Assembly: GCA_020854065.1 (NCBI GenBank)
Contig: JADZGF010000016.1
Coordinates: 20,784 to 84,783, forward strand
Reading direction: 5' to 3'
Origin: Candidatus Nomurabacteria bacterium
GTDB taxonomy: Bacteria > Patescibacteriota > Minisyncoccia > Phycocordibacterales > SBAW01
DNA length: 64,000 nt
The notes beneath the pieces are model-generated. The model was not told where the DNA came from. It ran no database searches and saw only the letters and a list, made by a program, of their open reading frames with translations. Positions within the stretch are counted from its first letter, which is position 1, and every line of letters begins with the position of its first letter. Made by a program: the position numbers and the translations under genes. Shown piece by piece: positions 36,632 through 45,672 of this stretch.

Positions 36632-37978
36632 CTAAGATTCAATGTTCCGCAAAAGCTTTCTAATGTTAGGAATATTGGGAATATAAATTTTCTTCCCTTT
36701 TGCTTGTTCTGTCTCAACAAGAAATCCTTTTTTGGTTAGCTGCATGAGATCTTGGCGAGCAGTTTCGTATACCACCCTGTGTTTAACTTGGTGATTCCGA
36801 ATATCTGTTATCTGGTCCCTCTTGTTTTTGAAGTGTCTCAATAATGCAAGCTGTCTATCATTTAGACCTGGCAATTCCTTAGCTGCCTTTTTTAGCTCCT
36901 CTGCCTCCTTAAGCTTTCTTTCGTAATACTGTTTCATCTCGTCTATTGCCTTGCAGGTAACCTCGGCAATATACAAAATGAAATATGTCAGATCGTTATC
37001 ATCTGTCTCCGTATTTAAGAAAGACTGATCGTAGCGTCTCTTGGAAGTTTTTATAATACGAGAAACAGAAAGATACTGGAAAAGCCAGTATCCTTTCTTT
37101 AGGAGGAACCAGTAGAATACTGCCCGCGCAGTACGCCCGTTACCATCCACGAAAGGGTGAAGATATGCAATCCAAAAATGCAGCATGGCGGCCTTAATAA
37201 AAGGATGTAGGAAGTACCCATCACTGTCATTATCTTTGTTGGCAAATTCAATCAGTCGCTTGAGCTCCCTTTTCATTTGTTCTTCTTTTGGAGGAATAAA
37301 AACTACCTCTCCAGTCGCATGGTCAACAACCGCAATTTCGTCTGCGTCGGTGCGGAAACGGCCACCGCCGTCTTTATTTTCTTCATCCAGGGTCTTACTC
37401 GTTATCTTTTTTTGAATATCAAGTAATATCTCCTCGGTAAGATCCAAGTCTTTTAGCTCGTCGAGCAGTTGCATAACCTGATAGTTATTTATGATCATTT
37501 GCTCGCTCTTAGTACGAGGTCTACGACCCGAGTAAAGCATCTCTTTTGCCACCTTCCTCGAGGTATTTGCACCTTCAATCTGACTTGAAGCAATTGCCTC
37601 TTCAATAAGACCGCTCATAATGAGCTGGTCTCTTTGGGCGGGAGTGGCTTCAGTAGAAAGAGTTTTTACCAAACCCGCTGTATGCGTATCAATGATAGAG
37701 AGGCGCCGGGAGAATCCGTTGGTCATGTTATAAGTGAACACTTCCCCATCAATATCCTTAATTGGACTCGATTCAGTGCCAGACCGTGCTCTTAATTTCA
37801 GATATGCCCAAGCTTCCTCAGGTTTAAAGTCCTTAGGAATTTTGTAGTGCCTAAACACATCATAAGTAACGTATTTTTCTTGGGCGTGCTGAATAAGCCC
37901 CTGGAGCTCAGTGGAAACTAAGAGCCTACTTAGGAGGTCTGCATTTAACTTACTTATCCATCTAGTCGGATGCTTCAT
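36632..37978 (-). CDS. Fic family protein (class II, with autoinhibitory motif and C-terminal wHTH)
   Basis: HPFVDGNGRTAR Fic motif, SSQIEG inhibitory motif, YETARQDLMQLTKKGFL wHTH; AT-rich. Confidence 0.93.
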   Translation of the reverse strand: MKHPTRWISKLNADLLSRLLVSTELQGLIQHAQEKYVTYDVFRHYKIPKDFKPEEAWAYLKLRARSGTESSPIKDIDGEVFTYNMTNGFSRRLSIIDTHTAGLVKTLSTEATPAQRDQLIMSGLIEEAIASSQIEGANTSRKVAKEMLYSGRRPRTKSEQMIINNYQVMQLLDELKDLDLTEEILLDIQKKITSKTLDEENKDGGGRFRTDADEIAVVDHATGEVVFIPPKEEQMKRELKRLIEFANKDNDSDGYFLHPFIKAAMLHFWIAYLHPFVDGNGRTARAVFYWFLLKKGYWLFQYLSVSRIIKTSKRRYDQSFLNTETDDNDLTYFILYIAEVTCKAIDEMKQYYERKLKEAEELKKAAKELPGLNDRQLALLRHFKNKRDQITDIRNHQVKHRVVYETARQDLMQLTKKGFLVETEQAKGKKIYIPNIPNIRKLLRNIES

Positions 37979-38001
37979 AAAATAGGCTACTACCAGCCTT
38001 A

Positions 38002-38093
38002 CTACTAATTTACCATAAATTAGTAGGTATGCAAGTACTTACTAAATACACCTTAAATAGTAGGTAAAATGGTAGTTTACTTAAAACACTACC
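38002..38093. promoter_or_regulatory. palindromic operator-like sites upstream of the Fic gene
   Basis: Perfect inverted repeat CTACTAATTTA-CCA-TAAATTAGTAG (38002-38026), degenerate copy at 38039-38063, and GGTAGT...ACTACC (38071-38093). Confidence 0.6.
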
Positions 38094-38626
38094 TACAATT
38101 TTAAAACAAAACGCTCCAAGAGAAGCTCGAGGTTACCCGCACCCCGATGCGAATCATGGTAGAGCCATGTAAGTTGTCTGGATAGTTTTACATCACGCAT
38201 CTGCCGCGCCTTCCAGCACATAAGACCGGCAACCGCCTCCTCCTTCTCCCCTGCAGCAAAAGACTGTATAAGCCCTAACCACAGTTTTTTACGATCCTTA
38301 GCACCAAGCGCCGCAGCAACACCAAAGTTATCAAACTTCCACTCTTTCTTAACCACCTTTGATTCTTCAATCTTGCCGCCAAGTTTCTCTACCTTGGCAC
38401 GCTCGGCCTTTAACAATTTCTCTTCTTCAAAAATAAAGGTGTGCGGTGATTCCGCGAGCGCATCGAGCATGTCACTGAGCGCCACCAGTGCCCCTGCAAG
38501 CACATACGTTTGATTGCCACCAAAGAGTGCTGGTGTTGATGCCATCGAGACTATTTCGTCATGACTAAGATCTTGCCACTTAAACTCCTCCCCTTTTCCT
38601 TTTTTATTTACAAGAACCTTAATCAT
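38093..38626 (-). CDS. holA: DNA polymerase III delta subunit-like protein (short)
   Basis: TPALFGG, FIFEEEKL, C-terminal LELLLERFVLKL; ATGA overlap with the polA stop. Confidence 0.6.
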   Translation of the reverse strand: MIKVLVNKKGKGEEFKWQDLSHDEIVSMASTPALFGGNQTYVLAGALVALSDMLDALAESPHTFIFEEEKLLKAERAKVEKLGGKIEESKVVKKEWKFDNFGVAAALGAKDRKKLWLGLIQSFAAGEKEEAVAGLMCWKARQMRDVKLSRQLTWLYHDSHRGAGNLELLLERFVLKL

Positions 38627-40980
38627 AGTTTTTGCATATCGCCCCAATCGTCTCCCACCTTACCCTCTACTGTTACTGGCACACCACGACTCTCTTTTTC
38701 AGGCATCACACTCTCCATGATTTTTTTAATACGTGGTGCATATTCGGAAACCTTGTCTTCAGGCATCTCAAACACCAAATCGTCGTGTACTTGCAACAGC
38801 AATATCCCTGGCATTTCTTTATCAACCTCAATCATCGCAAGCTTAATGATATCGGCCGAAGTGCCTTGTAGTGGTGCATTGATTGCCATACGCTCAGCTG
38901 CTGCGCGCACGTATGGTATCGGTGATTTAATGCCATCCATGTAGCGGCGGCGACCGAAGAGCGTTTGCGTATAACCTGTTCGTGCCGCATCTGCTTTTAC
39001 CTCATCGAGAAATGCGGCAAGCCGAGGAAAGGCTGCAAAATATTGGTTATAAAATTCTTGGGCTTCTTTGCGGTTCGTACCCAATGACTGCTGCAGTGAG
39101 GTAACTCCCATGCCATAGAGGATTCCGAAGTTAATAACTTTGGCACGACGACGCTGCTCGTACTCAGGAAGCGATGAGTCTTTCCCAAACACACGCGCCG
39201 CAACTTCGGTATGTACGTCACGACCATCTTTAAAAATCTGCACTAACGCTGGGTCATCTGAAAGTATTGCGGCTAAGCGCAGTTCAATCTGGCTATAGTC
39301 AAACGACACCAACTTATTCCCCTTCTCTGCCACAAACCCATGGCGGATCGCACGACCTAGTTCACTTTTGATAGGAATATTTTGGAGGTTTGGATCGACT
39401 GACGCCATACGCCCAGTTGCTGCACCGATTTGTACATAGCGTGTATGAATACGATCCTTGTTATCCGCAAGCGAAGGAAGTGCATCAATGTAGGTAGAGA
39501 GTAGTTTAGAGAGCTCACGATATGACAACACATCTTCAATGATGGGATGCTCGTCTTTAAGCTTCTGTAGTTCAGACTCCCGAGTTGAGCGCTGACCACC
39601 TGCGGTTTTCTTCTTCGTATCAAGCCCTAATTTGTCGAACAGTACTTCCCCAAGCTGTTTCGGTGATCCAATATTAAATTCCGTACCTGCATGTGCATAG
39701 ATACGTTTCGCTATTTTCTCGAGTTCTGTCGAATATTCTTTTGAGAGTTTCTTCAAAAACTCTTTATCAATCTTGATGCCGCGTGCTTCCATGCCACGCA
39801 ATACCGGAGAAAGTGGCAACTCAACCTTTTCATACACAAAGGTCATTCCCTCTGCTTCAATCTGCTTCTCGAGATTACTGAATGCTTCGGCAAAATCATC
39901 CGACTTACCCATACGCAACACATCTTCAAGCCCTGCTTCAGAAATAGTGCTGTCGAGTACAGACACTGCAACCTGCGCACGTAGAAACTGCTCTTGTGGG
40001 ACCGTGCTCGCAAAGAGCCCCTCCTTACTCTCAATTGCCGGTTCTGGAATATCAGTTGCACCGAGAATAGTTTTTACACGCGGCACCAGTGCTCGAAATT
40101 CAAACTCTGCCAACATATCCAGTGCGCGGCGTGCATCAGATCCTTCGCGCCATGTTTGTGTAGGGATTTCAAAATCAATCGGCACATCGCGGCGAATAGT
40201 CGCGAGCAATTTACTAAACTCAGCTTCTTCTTTGTGTTTGGCAACCAACTCTACAAAACGTTTTTGTACACCAGTCGCTGCGGACACACCCTCAACGCCT
40301 TCTTTTTTAATCGCTGCATACACCGCCTTCAGCGATCCATACTTTTGCAAAAGTTTTAACGCACTTCCCTCACCCACTCCTGGTACTCCTTTTATGTTGT
40401 CTGAAGGATCACCTGCAATACCTTTGAGGTCAGGTACACAGAGTGGACCGAAACCGTATCGCTCTTGTACACGCTCTTCGTCGTACATAACGGTGTCGTT
40501 AAGACCTTTGCCCATAGTGAAGACGCGCACCCGTGCTCCTTCAACCAACTGGAGCGCATCTTTATCGCCTGAGGCGATAATCATCTCGAGATCTTTTTTC
40601 TTTTTTACTTTCTCAACAACAGTGCCGATGACGTCGTCAGCTTCAAAAGTCTCTGCCGAGTACACCGGTACCCCAAACGCCCGAAGTACATCTGGCGCGC
40701 GTTTAAGCTGCTCTACGAGTGCATCATCAGTCTCAGCACGAGTACCTTTATAGTCTTTGTACACTGCATCGCGGAATGTCTCTCCCGGCAAATCTACCGC
40801 AGCCACAATATAGTCAGGGCGTAGATCATTAATGATTTTGATAAGCATTGAGAGAAGCCCATAGAGTCCGCCCGTCGGCATACCTTTACTCGAACTAAAA
40901 TCTGGCAACGCGTGATACGCCCGATGCAAAATGGCATGGGTATCTAAAATGACGAGCCGTTTTTTATCTTCCTTCGCCAT
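38623..40980 (-). CDS. polA: DNA polymerase I (5'-3' exonuclease plus polymerase; 3'-5' exonuclease region reduced)
   Basis: EADDVIGT, GDPSDNIKGVPGVG, TGRMASVDPNLQNIP, DYSQIELR, AKVINFGILYG, LQVHDDLVFE. Confidence 0.96.
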   Translation of the reverse strand: MAKEDKKRLVILDTHAILHRAYHALPDFSSSKGMPTGGLYGLLSMLIKIINDLRPDYIVAAVDLPGETFRDAVYKDYKGTRAETDDALVEQLKRAPDVLRAFGVPVYSAETFEADDVIGTVVEKVKKKKDLEMIIASGDKDALQLVEGARVRVFTMGKGLNDTVMYDEERVQERYGFGPLCVPDLKGIAGDPSDNIKGVPGVGEGSALKLLQKYGSLKAVYAAIKKEGVEGVSAATGVQKRFVELVAKHKEEAEFSKLLATIRRDVPIDFEIPTQTWREGSDARRALDMLAEFEFRALVPRVKTILGATDIPEPAIESKEGLFASTVPQEQFLRAQVAVSVLDSTISEAGLEDVLRMGKSDDFAEAFSNLEKQIEAEGMTFVYEKVELPLSPVLRGMEARGIKIDKEFLKKLSKEYSTELEKIAKRIYAHAGTEFNIGSPKQLGEVLFDKLGLDTKKKTAGGQRSTRESELQKLKDEHPIIEDVLSYRELSKLLSTYIDALPSLADNKDRIHTRYVQIGAATGRMASVDPNLQNIPIKSELGRAIRHGFVAEKGNKLVSFDYSQIELRLAAILSDDPALVQIFKDGRDVHTEVAARVFGKDSSLPEYEQRRRAKVINFGILYGMGVTSLQQSLGTNRKEAQEFYNQYFAAFPRLAAFLDEVKADAARTGYTQTLFGRRRYMDGIKSPIPYVRAAAERMAINAPLQGTSADIIKLAMIEVDKEMPGILLLQVHDDLVFEMPEDKVSEYAPRIKKIMESVMPEKESRGVPVTVEGKVGDDWGDMQKL

Positions 40981-40984
40981 ATAT

Positions 40985-41470
40985 CTATTGTTTCATATCG
41001 TCCCCCGTCTCCATATGTATCTCTCGCTCCATCTCCCCCACCCCTTCACCACTAAAGCGAAGAGTGATGTCTGCAGGCGGAAGCAATGTACCTGCCTTCT
41101 CTGGCCACTCTATCAACACCAACGCCTTAGGGTCGTTTAGAAACTCTTCGGGTCGAAGGGTCTTAAACTCCTCTGGAGTCTCAAGCCGGTATGCATCGAT
41201 ATGAATAAGTCGGTTATAGCGGCGTGGTCTGCCAAAGGAGGTTCGGTCCCCTTCAAATGGATAGGACTTCATCAGTACATAGGTCGGACTTTGCACCACA
41301 TCGTTAATCCCGAGCTTGCGTGCAAACTCCTGCACAAACGTTGTTTTGCCTGAGCCCAAGTCGCCAGAGAGCGTCACCAGCGTGGCCGAATCCTTCTCAG
41401 GGAGCAACGAAAGCGCCGCCAGGACATTCCCGACAAAGTACGATAGCTCATATATCGGTACGACAGTCAT
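40985..41470 (-). CDS. tsaE: tRNA threonylcarbamoyladenosine biosynthesis ATPase TsaE
   Basis: LSGDLGSGKTTF, VQSPTY, HIDAYRL, LIEWPE. Confidence 0.95.
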   Translation of the reverse strand: MTVVPIYELSYFVGNVLAALSLLPEKDSATLVTLSGDLGSGKTTFVQEFARKLGINDVVQSPTYVLMKSYPFEGDRTSFGRPRRYNRLIHIDAYRLETPEEFKTLRPEEFLNDPKALVLIEWPEKAGTLLPPADITLRFSGEGVGEMEREIHMETGDDMKQ

Positions 41471-41496
41471 GCCGGGCAGTATACAATATATACATT

Positions 41497-43176
41497 ATGG
41501 TGGTCTTTAATGACGCTGAACAGCAGAAGCGGATCGATTTTCTTAGACGACGCGAAGAGGAGGAGCTGGCACAAATGCTCTCGGTTAAATACGGCGTCGA
41601 ATATGTCGACCTCTCTTTGGTTGCCGTGAATACCGATGCCTTACGTGTTATTACCGAAGCCGAGGCAAAAGATGCCGAAGCGGCAGCGTTTGGCCGGGTT
41701 GCAAAACGTCTCAGTGTTGCCGTGCGTGCACCGGAGAATCCAAAAGTAAAAGCGTTGGTAGAAAAACTCACTGAGCAAGGATACGAAGTACAGCTCTATA
41801 TGTGCTCACAAGAAAGTTTGCGGCGTGCATACCAGCGCTACGCAGATCTCTCGTACGCTACCGAAACGAAAGCAGGTGTCTTTGAACTCTCCCCTCAAGA
41901 ATTGGAGCAGCTCATCGCAACCGTGCACAGCCTCGGCGACATCGGCAAACAAATTAGCGAAGCGATTGAACTGAAGCGTGCATACCGCATCACCCGCATA
42001 CTCGAAGTAGTACTTGCAGGCGGCATGGCAACCGGCGCTTCCGACATCCACATGGAGCCTGAAGAAACGAGTGTGCGGTTGCGATACCGTCTCGACGGCG
42101 TATTAACCGATGTCATCACACTAGATCACGAAACATATCGATTAATGCTCTCGCGCATTAAGCTCCTCTCGGGACTGAAACTCAACATCACTGACGAAGC
42201 ACAAGACGGCCGCTTCTCTATCAAAGTAAAAGGTGATGATATTGAAATTCGTACTTCTATACTGCCGGGCAACTATGCAGAGACGGTTGTAATGCGCTTA
42301 CTTAATCCTAAGTCAATTGGTGTACCACTTGAAGAACTCGGTATCGAGCCGAAACTCCTTGCACAAATTCTGAAACAGATCGAAAAACCAAACGGCATGA
42401 TACTTACCACCGGCCCTACCGGCTCGGGTAAGACCACGACACTGTATGCATTTTTACGAAAAGTAAATTCTTCCGGCAGTAAAATCATCACCATCGAAGA
42501 TCCAATCGAGTATCACCTGCCCGGTATCGTACAAACACAGATCGACAAAAAGACGTATACCTTCGCGAGCGGACTCCGTTCTGCGCTCCGGCAAGACCCA
42601 GACATCATTATGGTCGGCGAGATCCGTGACGGTGAAGTGGCGGAAGTCGCCATCAATGCCGCACTCACCGGTCACTTGGTATTTTCAACACTCCACACTA
42701 ACAACGCTCCCGGCTCCTTCCCTCGCCTCATTGATCTTGGTGTCGATGAGAAAGTTATCAGCTCGGCAGTATCAGTTGCACTTGCACAACGTTTGGTACG
42801 CAAACTCTGCCAACACTGCAAAGTCGAACGTGACCCTACCCCAGAAGAAAAAGCAGTAATCGACAAACATGTGGCGGCTATAACTGACAAATCGCTCGTC
42901 CCCACAGATGCTCACAAGGTATTTGATGCAAAAAAAGAAGGATGCCCTGAGTGTGGCAACCGTGGATACCGCGGACGCATCGGTGTATTCGAAGCAGTCT
43001 TCATGGATAGCGCCATTGAGACCGTATTGCGTAATAAACCTTCAGAACGTGAGATTGCAGCTGCAGCGCTTTCCCAGAACATCCCCACCATGCCTCAAGA
43101 CGGAATCCTAAAAGTATTGCGTGGTATCACTTCCCTAGAGGAATTGACTCGCGTTGTCGACTTGGACACGCAATAA
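41497..43176 (+). CDS. pilB: GspE/PilB family type IV pilus assembly ATPase
   Basis: ASDIHMEP, RYRLDG, GPTGSGKTTTLY, LRQDPDIIMVGEIRD, TGHLVFSTLH, CQHC/CPEC zinc motif. Confidence 0.92.
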   Translation: MVVFNDAEQQKRIDFLRRREEEELAQMLSVKYGVEYVDLSLVAVNTDALRVITEAEAKDAEAAAFGRVAKRLSVAVRAPENPKVKALVEKLTEQGYEVQLYMCSQESLRRAYQRYADLSYATETKAGVFELSPQELEQLIATVHSLGDIGKQISEAIELKRAYRITRILEVVLAGGMATGASDIHMEPEETSVRLRYRLDGVLTDVITLDHETYRLMLSRIKLLSGLKLNITDEAQDGRFSIKVKGDDIEIRTSILPGNYAETVVMRLLNPKSIGVPLEELGIEPKLLAQILKQIEKPNGMILTTGPTGSGKTTTLYAFLRKVNSSGSKIITIEDPIEYHLPGIVQTQIDKKTYTFASGLRSALRQDPDIIMVGEIRDGEVAEVAINAALTGHLVFSTLHTNNAPGSFPRLIDLGVDEKVISSAVSVALAQRLVRKLCQHCKVERDPTPEEKAVIDKHVAAITDKSLVPTDAHKVFDAKKEGCPECGNRGYRGRIGVFEAVFMDSAIETVLRNKPSEREIAAAALSQNIPTMPQDGILKVLRGITSLEELTRVVDLDTQ

Positions 43177-43206
43177 GAAAATCCGCAACGTTGCGTTGCG
43201 GATTCT
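43177..43206. terminator. terminator hairpin after pilB (stronger U-tract on the minus strand)
   Basis: AATCCGCAACG-TTG-CGTTGCGGATT. Confidence 0.75.
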
Positions 43207-43225
43207 CCGGTGTAGAGTTGAAAAA

Positions 43226-43391
43226 GTTAGAGGGAGTATACCACCAAGCAATACGCACTATCGCAAGCGATAGAGTGGAGACGAAACCTAAGGATAGGAC
43301 CCGCGGATTTGCATAAAACAAACGCCAGTTCGTCCTCGACAAAGCTCCGACCGGTAAGGGTTGTATTGCTTGAGGGTATACTCTCCCCAAC
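43226..43391 (-). ncRNA. candidate structured ncRNA, 6S-like architecture; strand tentative
   Basis: Long closing helix (GTTAGAGGGAGTATACC with GGTATACTCTCCCCAAC; CAAGCAATAC with GTATTGCTTG) enclosing a bubble, a hairpin and an inner stem. Confidence 0.55.
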
Positions 43392-43447
43392 AAAAAGGCT
43401 CCCCTCAATGGGAGCAGCTAACAGTAGCCTAGCACAGCATTATTTAC

Positions 43448-44461
43448 ATGTCAAGCGACGCAGAAGCCCCTGGAGTAGAGCCCATCTTTTTAGATGTAAC
43501 CCTCCGCCCTGCGTCGTGGGATGAATATGTCGGGCAAGAAGCGGTTAAAAACAACCTCCATATCCTTATTAGCGCTGCAAAAGAGCGCTCTACCCCACCG
43601 GAACACATCCTCTTTTACGGCCCACCAGGTCTTGGTAAGACCACACTCGCTCATCTCATCGCACGAGAACTCGGAGGCGCTCTGCGTTCCACTTCAGGCC
43701 CTGCAATAGAACGCGTGGGCGATCTCGCAGCACTCCTTACCAACATGAGCGCGGGTGATATTTTGTTTATCGACGAAATTCATCGCCTCCCCCGCTCAAT
43801 AGAGGAAGTACTCTACCCCGCCATGGAGTCTGGGGTCCTTAACATCATCATCGGCAAAGGACCATCTGCACGCACCATCGAACTTCCTTTACCGCCGTTC
43901 ACCCTTGTTGCCGCAACTACTCGTGTCGCGGATCTCTCTGCCCCATTACGGAGTCGCTTTTCGGGCGGTGTATTTCGCCTCGAGTTTTATAGCGAAGATG
44001 ACATTGCAAAGATCGTAGATCGCTCTGCGAAGATTCTTGGTGTGGAAGTAGATAGCGGCGGTGTCCGCGAAATTGCAAAACGTTCACGCGCAACACCACG
44101 TACTGCAAACTATCTTCTTAAACGTGCGCGCGACTACGCGCAATTGAAGCGTGAGAAACTCTCAAGCAAAACAGTGAGCGAGTCCCTCGGCATGCTTGAG
44201 GTGGATGAGTTAGGACTTACGCCACTTGATCGCAAACTTCTTGCTGCGCTTATTGATCGCTTTAACGGTGGTCCTGCCGGCGTACAAGCACTTGCTGCGG
44301 CGCTCTCTGAAGAGCCTTCAACTGTCTCAGAAGTACATGAACCATTCCTTTTACAGCTCGGCCTTATCGAACGCACCCCTCGTGGCCGTATTGCCACCAA
44401 GAAAGCATACGAACATTTGGGCAAAACCCCACCAAAAGATTTGAACGAGCGGCTCCTTTAA
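43448..44461 (+). CDS. ruvB: Holliday junction branch migration helicase RuvB
   Basis: LRP..WDEYVGQ, GPPGLGKTTLA, LFIDEIHRL, ATTR, RTPRGR. Confidence 0.98.
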   Translation: MSSDAEAPGVEPIFLDVTLRPASWDEYVGQEAVKNNLHILISAAKERSTPPEHILFYGPPGLGKTTLAHLIARELGGALRSTSGPAIERVGDLAALLTNMSAGDILFIDEIHRLPRSIEEVLYPAMESGVLNIIIGKGPSARTIELPLPPFTLVAATTRVADLSAPLRSRFSGGVFRLEFYSEDDIAKIVDRSAKILGVEVDSGGVREIAKRSRATPRTANYLLKRARDYAQLKREKLSSKTVSESLGMLEVDELGLTPLDRKLLAALIDRFNGGPAGVQALAAALSEEPSTVSEVHEPFLLQLGLIERTPRGRIATKKAYEHLGKTPPKDLNERLL

Positions 44462-44475
44462 GGTACAAAAGACAC

Positions 44476-45000
44476 ATGGCAGGACATAGCAAGTGGGCAA
44501 AACTTAAACACACCAAGGGCAAGACTGATGCACAAAAAGCAAAGCTTTTTAGTAAGTTGGTAAAGATAATTGGGATCGAGCTAAAAAAAGCCAAGGGAGA
44601 TAAGACTGCTCCTGGTGTACGCACGGCGATAGAAAAGGCTGCGGCAGCGAACATGCCGAAAGACAATATCGAGCGTGCACTTGCTAAGTCTGATGAAAAA
44701 GAACTCGAACATGTCGTGTACGAAGCATACGGCCCTGGCGGCTGCGCCCTCATCATCGAAGGCTACACCGACTCTCGTAACCGCACCTCTGCAGAACTGA
44801 AACATCTCTTGAGCGAATATGGTGGCTCACTCGCGACTCCTGGCGCTGCTATGTGGGCGTTTCAAAAAAATGCTGAAGGAGTACTTGAACCTATTTCCCC
44901 TCTCGAACTCTCGGATGAGGATGCACAGAAAATGGCGGAACTCTCTGACGCGCTTGAAGAACATGATGATGTGAGCGAGGTGTATACTTCTGCTGCATGA
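44476..45000 (+). CDS. yebC: YebC/PmpR family protein (short)
   Basis: MAGHSKWA, NMPKDNIERA, YEAYGPGG, TDSRNRT, LEEHDDVSEVYT. Confidence 0.93.
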   Translation: MAGHSKWAKLKHTKGKTDAQKAKLFSKLVKIIGIELKKAKGDKTAPGVRTAIEKAAAANMPKDNIERALAKSDEKELEHVVYEAYGPGGCALIIEGYTDSRNRTSAELKHLLSEYGGSLATPGAAMWAFQKNAEGVLEPISPLELSDEDAQKMAELSDALEEHDDVSEVYTSAA

Positions 45001-45467
45001 GAATACTGGCCTTCGATCCCGGCTACGAACGTCTTGGTGTAGCGGTGCTAGAAAAAGAAAACGGCAAAGAAATTCTTCTCCATTCAGCCTGCATACAAAC
45101 CTCGGCAAAACTCGACTTTCCTACACGCCTTAGTGAACTTGGTGCTGCAACCCTGCATCTCATCAAAGAATGGAGCCCTAATGGGGTTGCGCTTGAGAAA
45201 GTGTTCTTCACCAACAATAGTAAAACTGCTATGCAGATCGCTGAGGTGCGCGGCATGCTTATCTATCTCGCCGCAACACATCAACTCACGATCCACCAAT
45301 ACACCCCAAACGAGGTCAAAGTTGCGGTGACCGGCAGTGGCCGTGCGGACAAAACAGCAATCGCGCTCATGGTGCCCAAATTAGTGGCAATTTCTAGAGG
45401 GAAGCGCCTTGACGACGAGCTCGATGCTATTGCCGTGGGGATTACTTGTCTTGCAAGCGTGCGTTAA
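44997..45467 (+). CDS. ruvC: crossover junction endodeoxyribonuclease RuvC
   Basis: ILAFDPG, EKVFF, EVRG, YTPNEVKVAVTGSGRADK, DDELDAIAVG. Confidence 0.96.
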   Translation: MRILAFDPGYERLGVAVLEKENGKEILLHSACIQTSAKLDFPTRLSELGAATLHLIKEWSPNGVALEKVFFTNNSKTAMQIAEVRGMLIYLAATHQLTIHQYTPNEVKVAVTGSGRADKTAIALMVPKLVAISRGKRLDDELDAIAVGITCLASVR

Positions 45468-45514
45468 TTTGATACAAATCGGGGGTACGTTTTTACCAAA
45501 TAAAAAATTGACGT

Positions 45515-45643
45515 ATGAACGAAGAGTTCAAAGAAGAGTTCTTGCTCGATGATCCGGAGGCAGAGGGTATTGATGTTCCCGCAGACGACGAGTCGGATGA
45601 CGAGGACGAAGAGGCAGATCCTGCCGCCGACGAGACTATATAA
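45515..45643 (+). CDS. hyper-acidic 42-aa microprotein (not in ORF track)
   Basis: Manual translation MNEEFKEEFLLDDPEAEGIDVPADDESDDEDEEADPAADETI; ends just before a terminator. Confidence 0.6.
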   Translation: MNEEFKEEFLLDDPEAEGIDVPADDESDDEDEEADPAADETI

Positions 45644-45645
45644 CT

Positions 45646-45672
45646 AAAAACCCCCGCCAACCGGCGGGGTTT
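45646..45672. terminator. bidirectional terminator between the ruv region and tyrS
   Basis: AAAAAC-CCCCGCC-AACC-GGCGGGG-TTT. Confidence 0.85.

Noticed and set aside
26019-38093. Prophage or integrative element at the tRNA cluster
   Set aside because: No integrase, no duplicated tRNA 3' ends (att sites) and no phage structural genes; accessory genes occur singly among housekeeping genes
43127-43408. 93-aa ORF in the pilB-ruvB gap
   Set aside because: It runs through a terminator and into pilB; the region is better explained by RNA secondary structure
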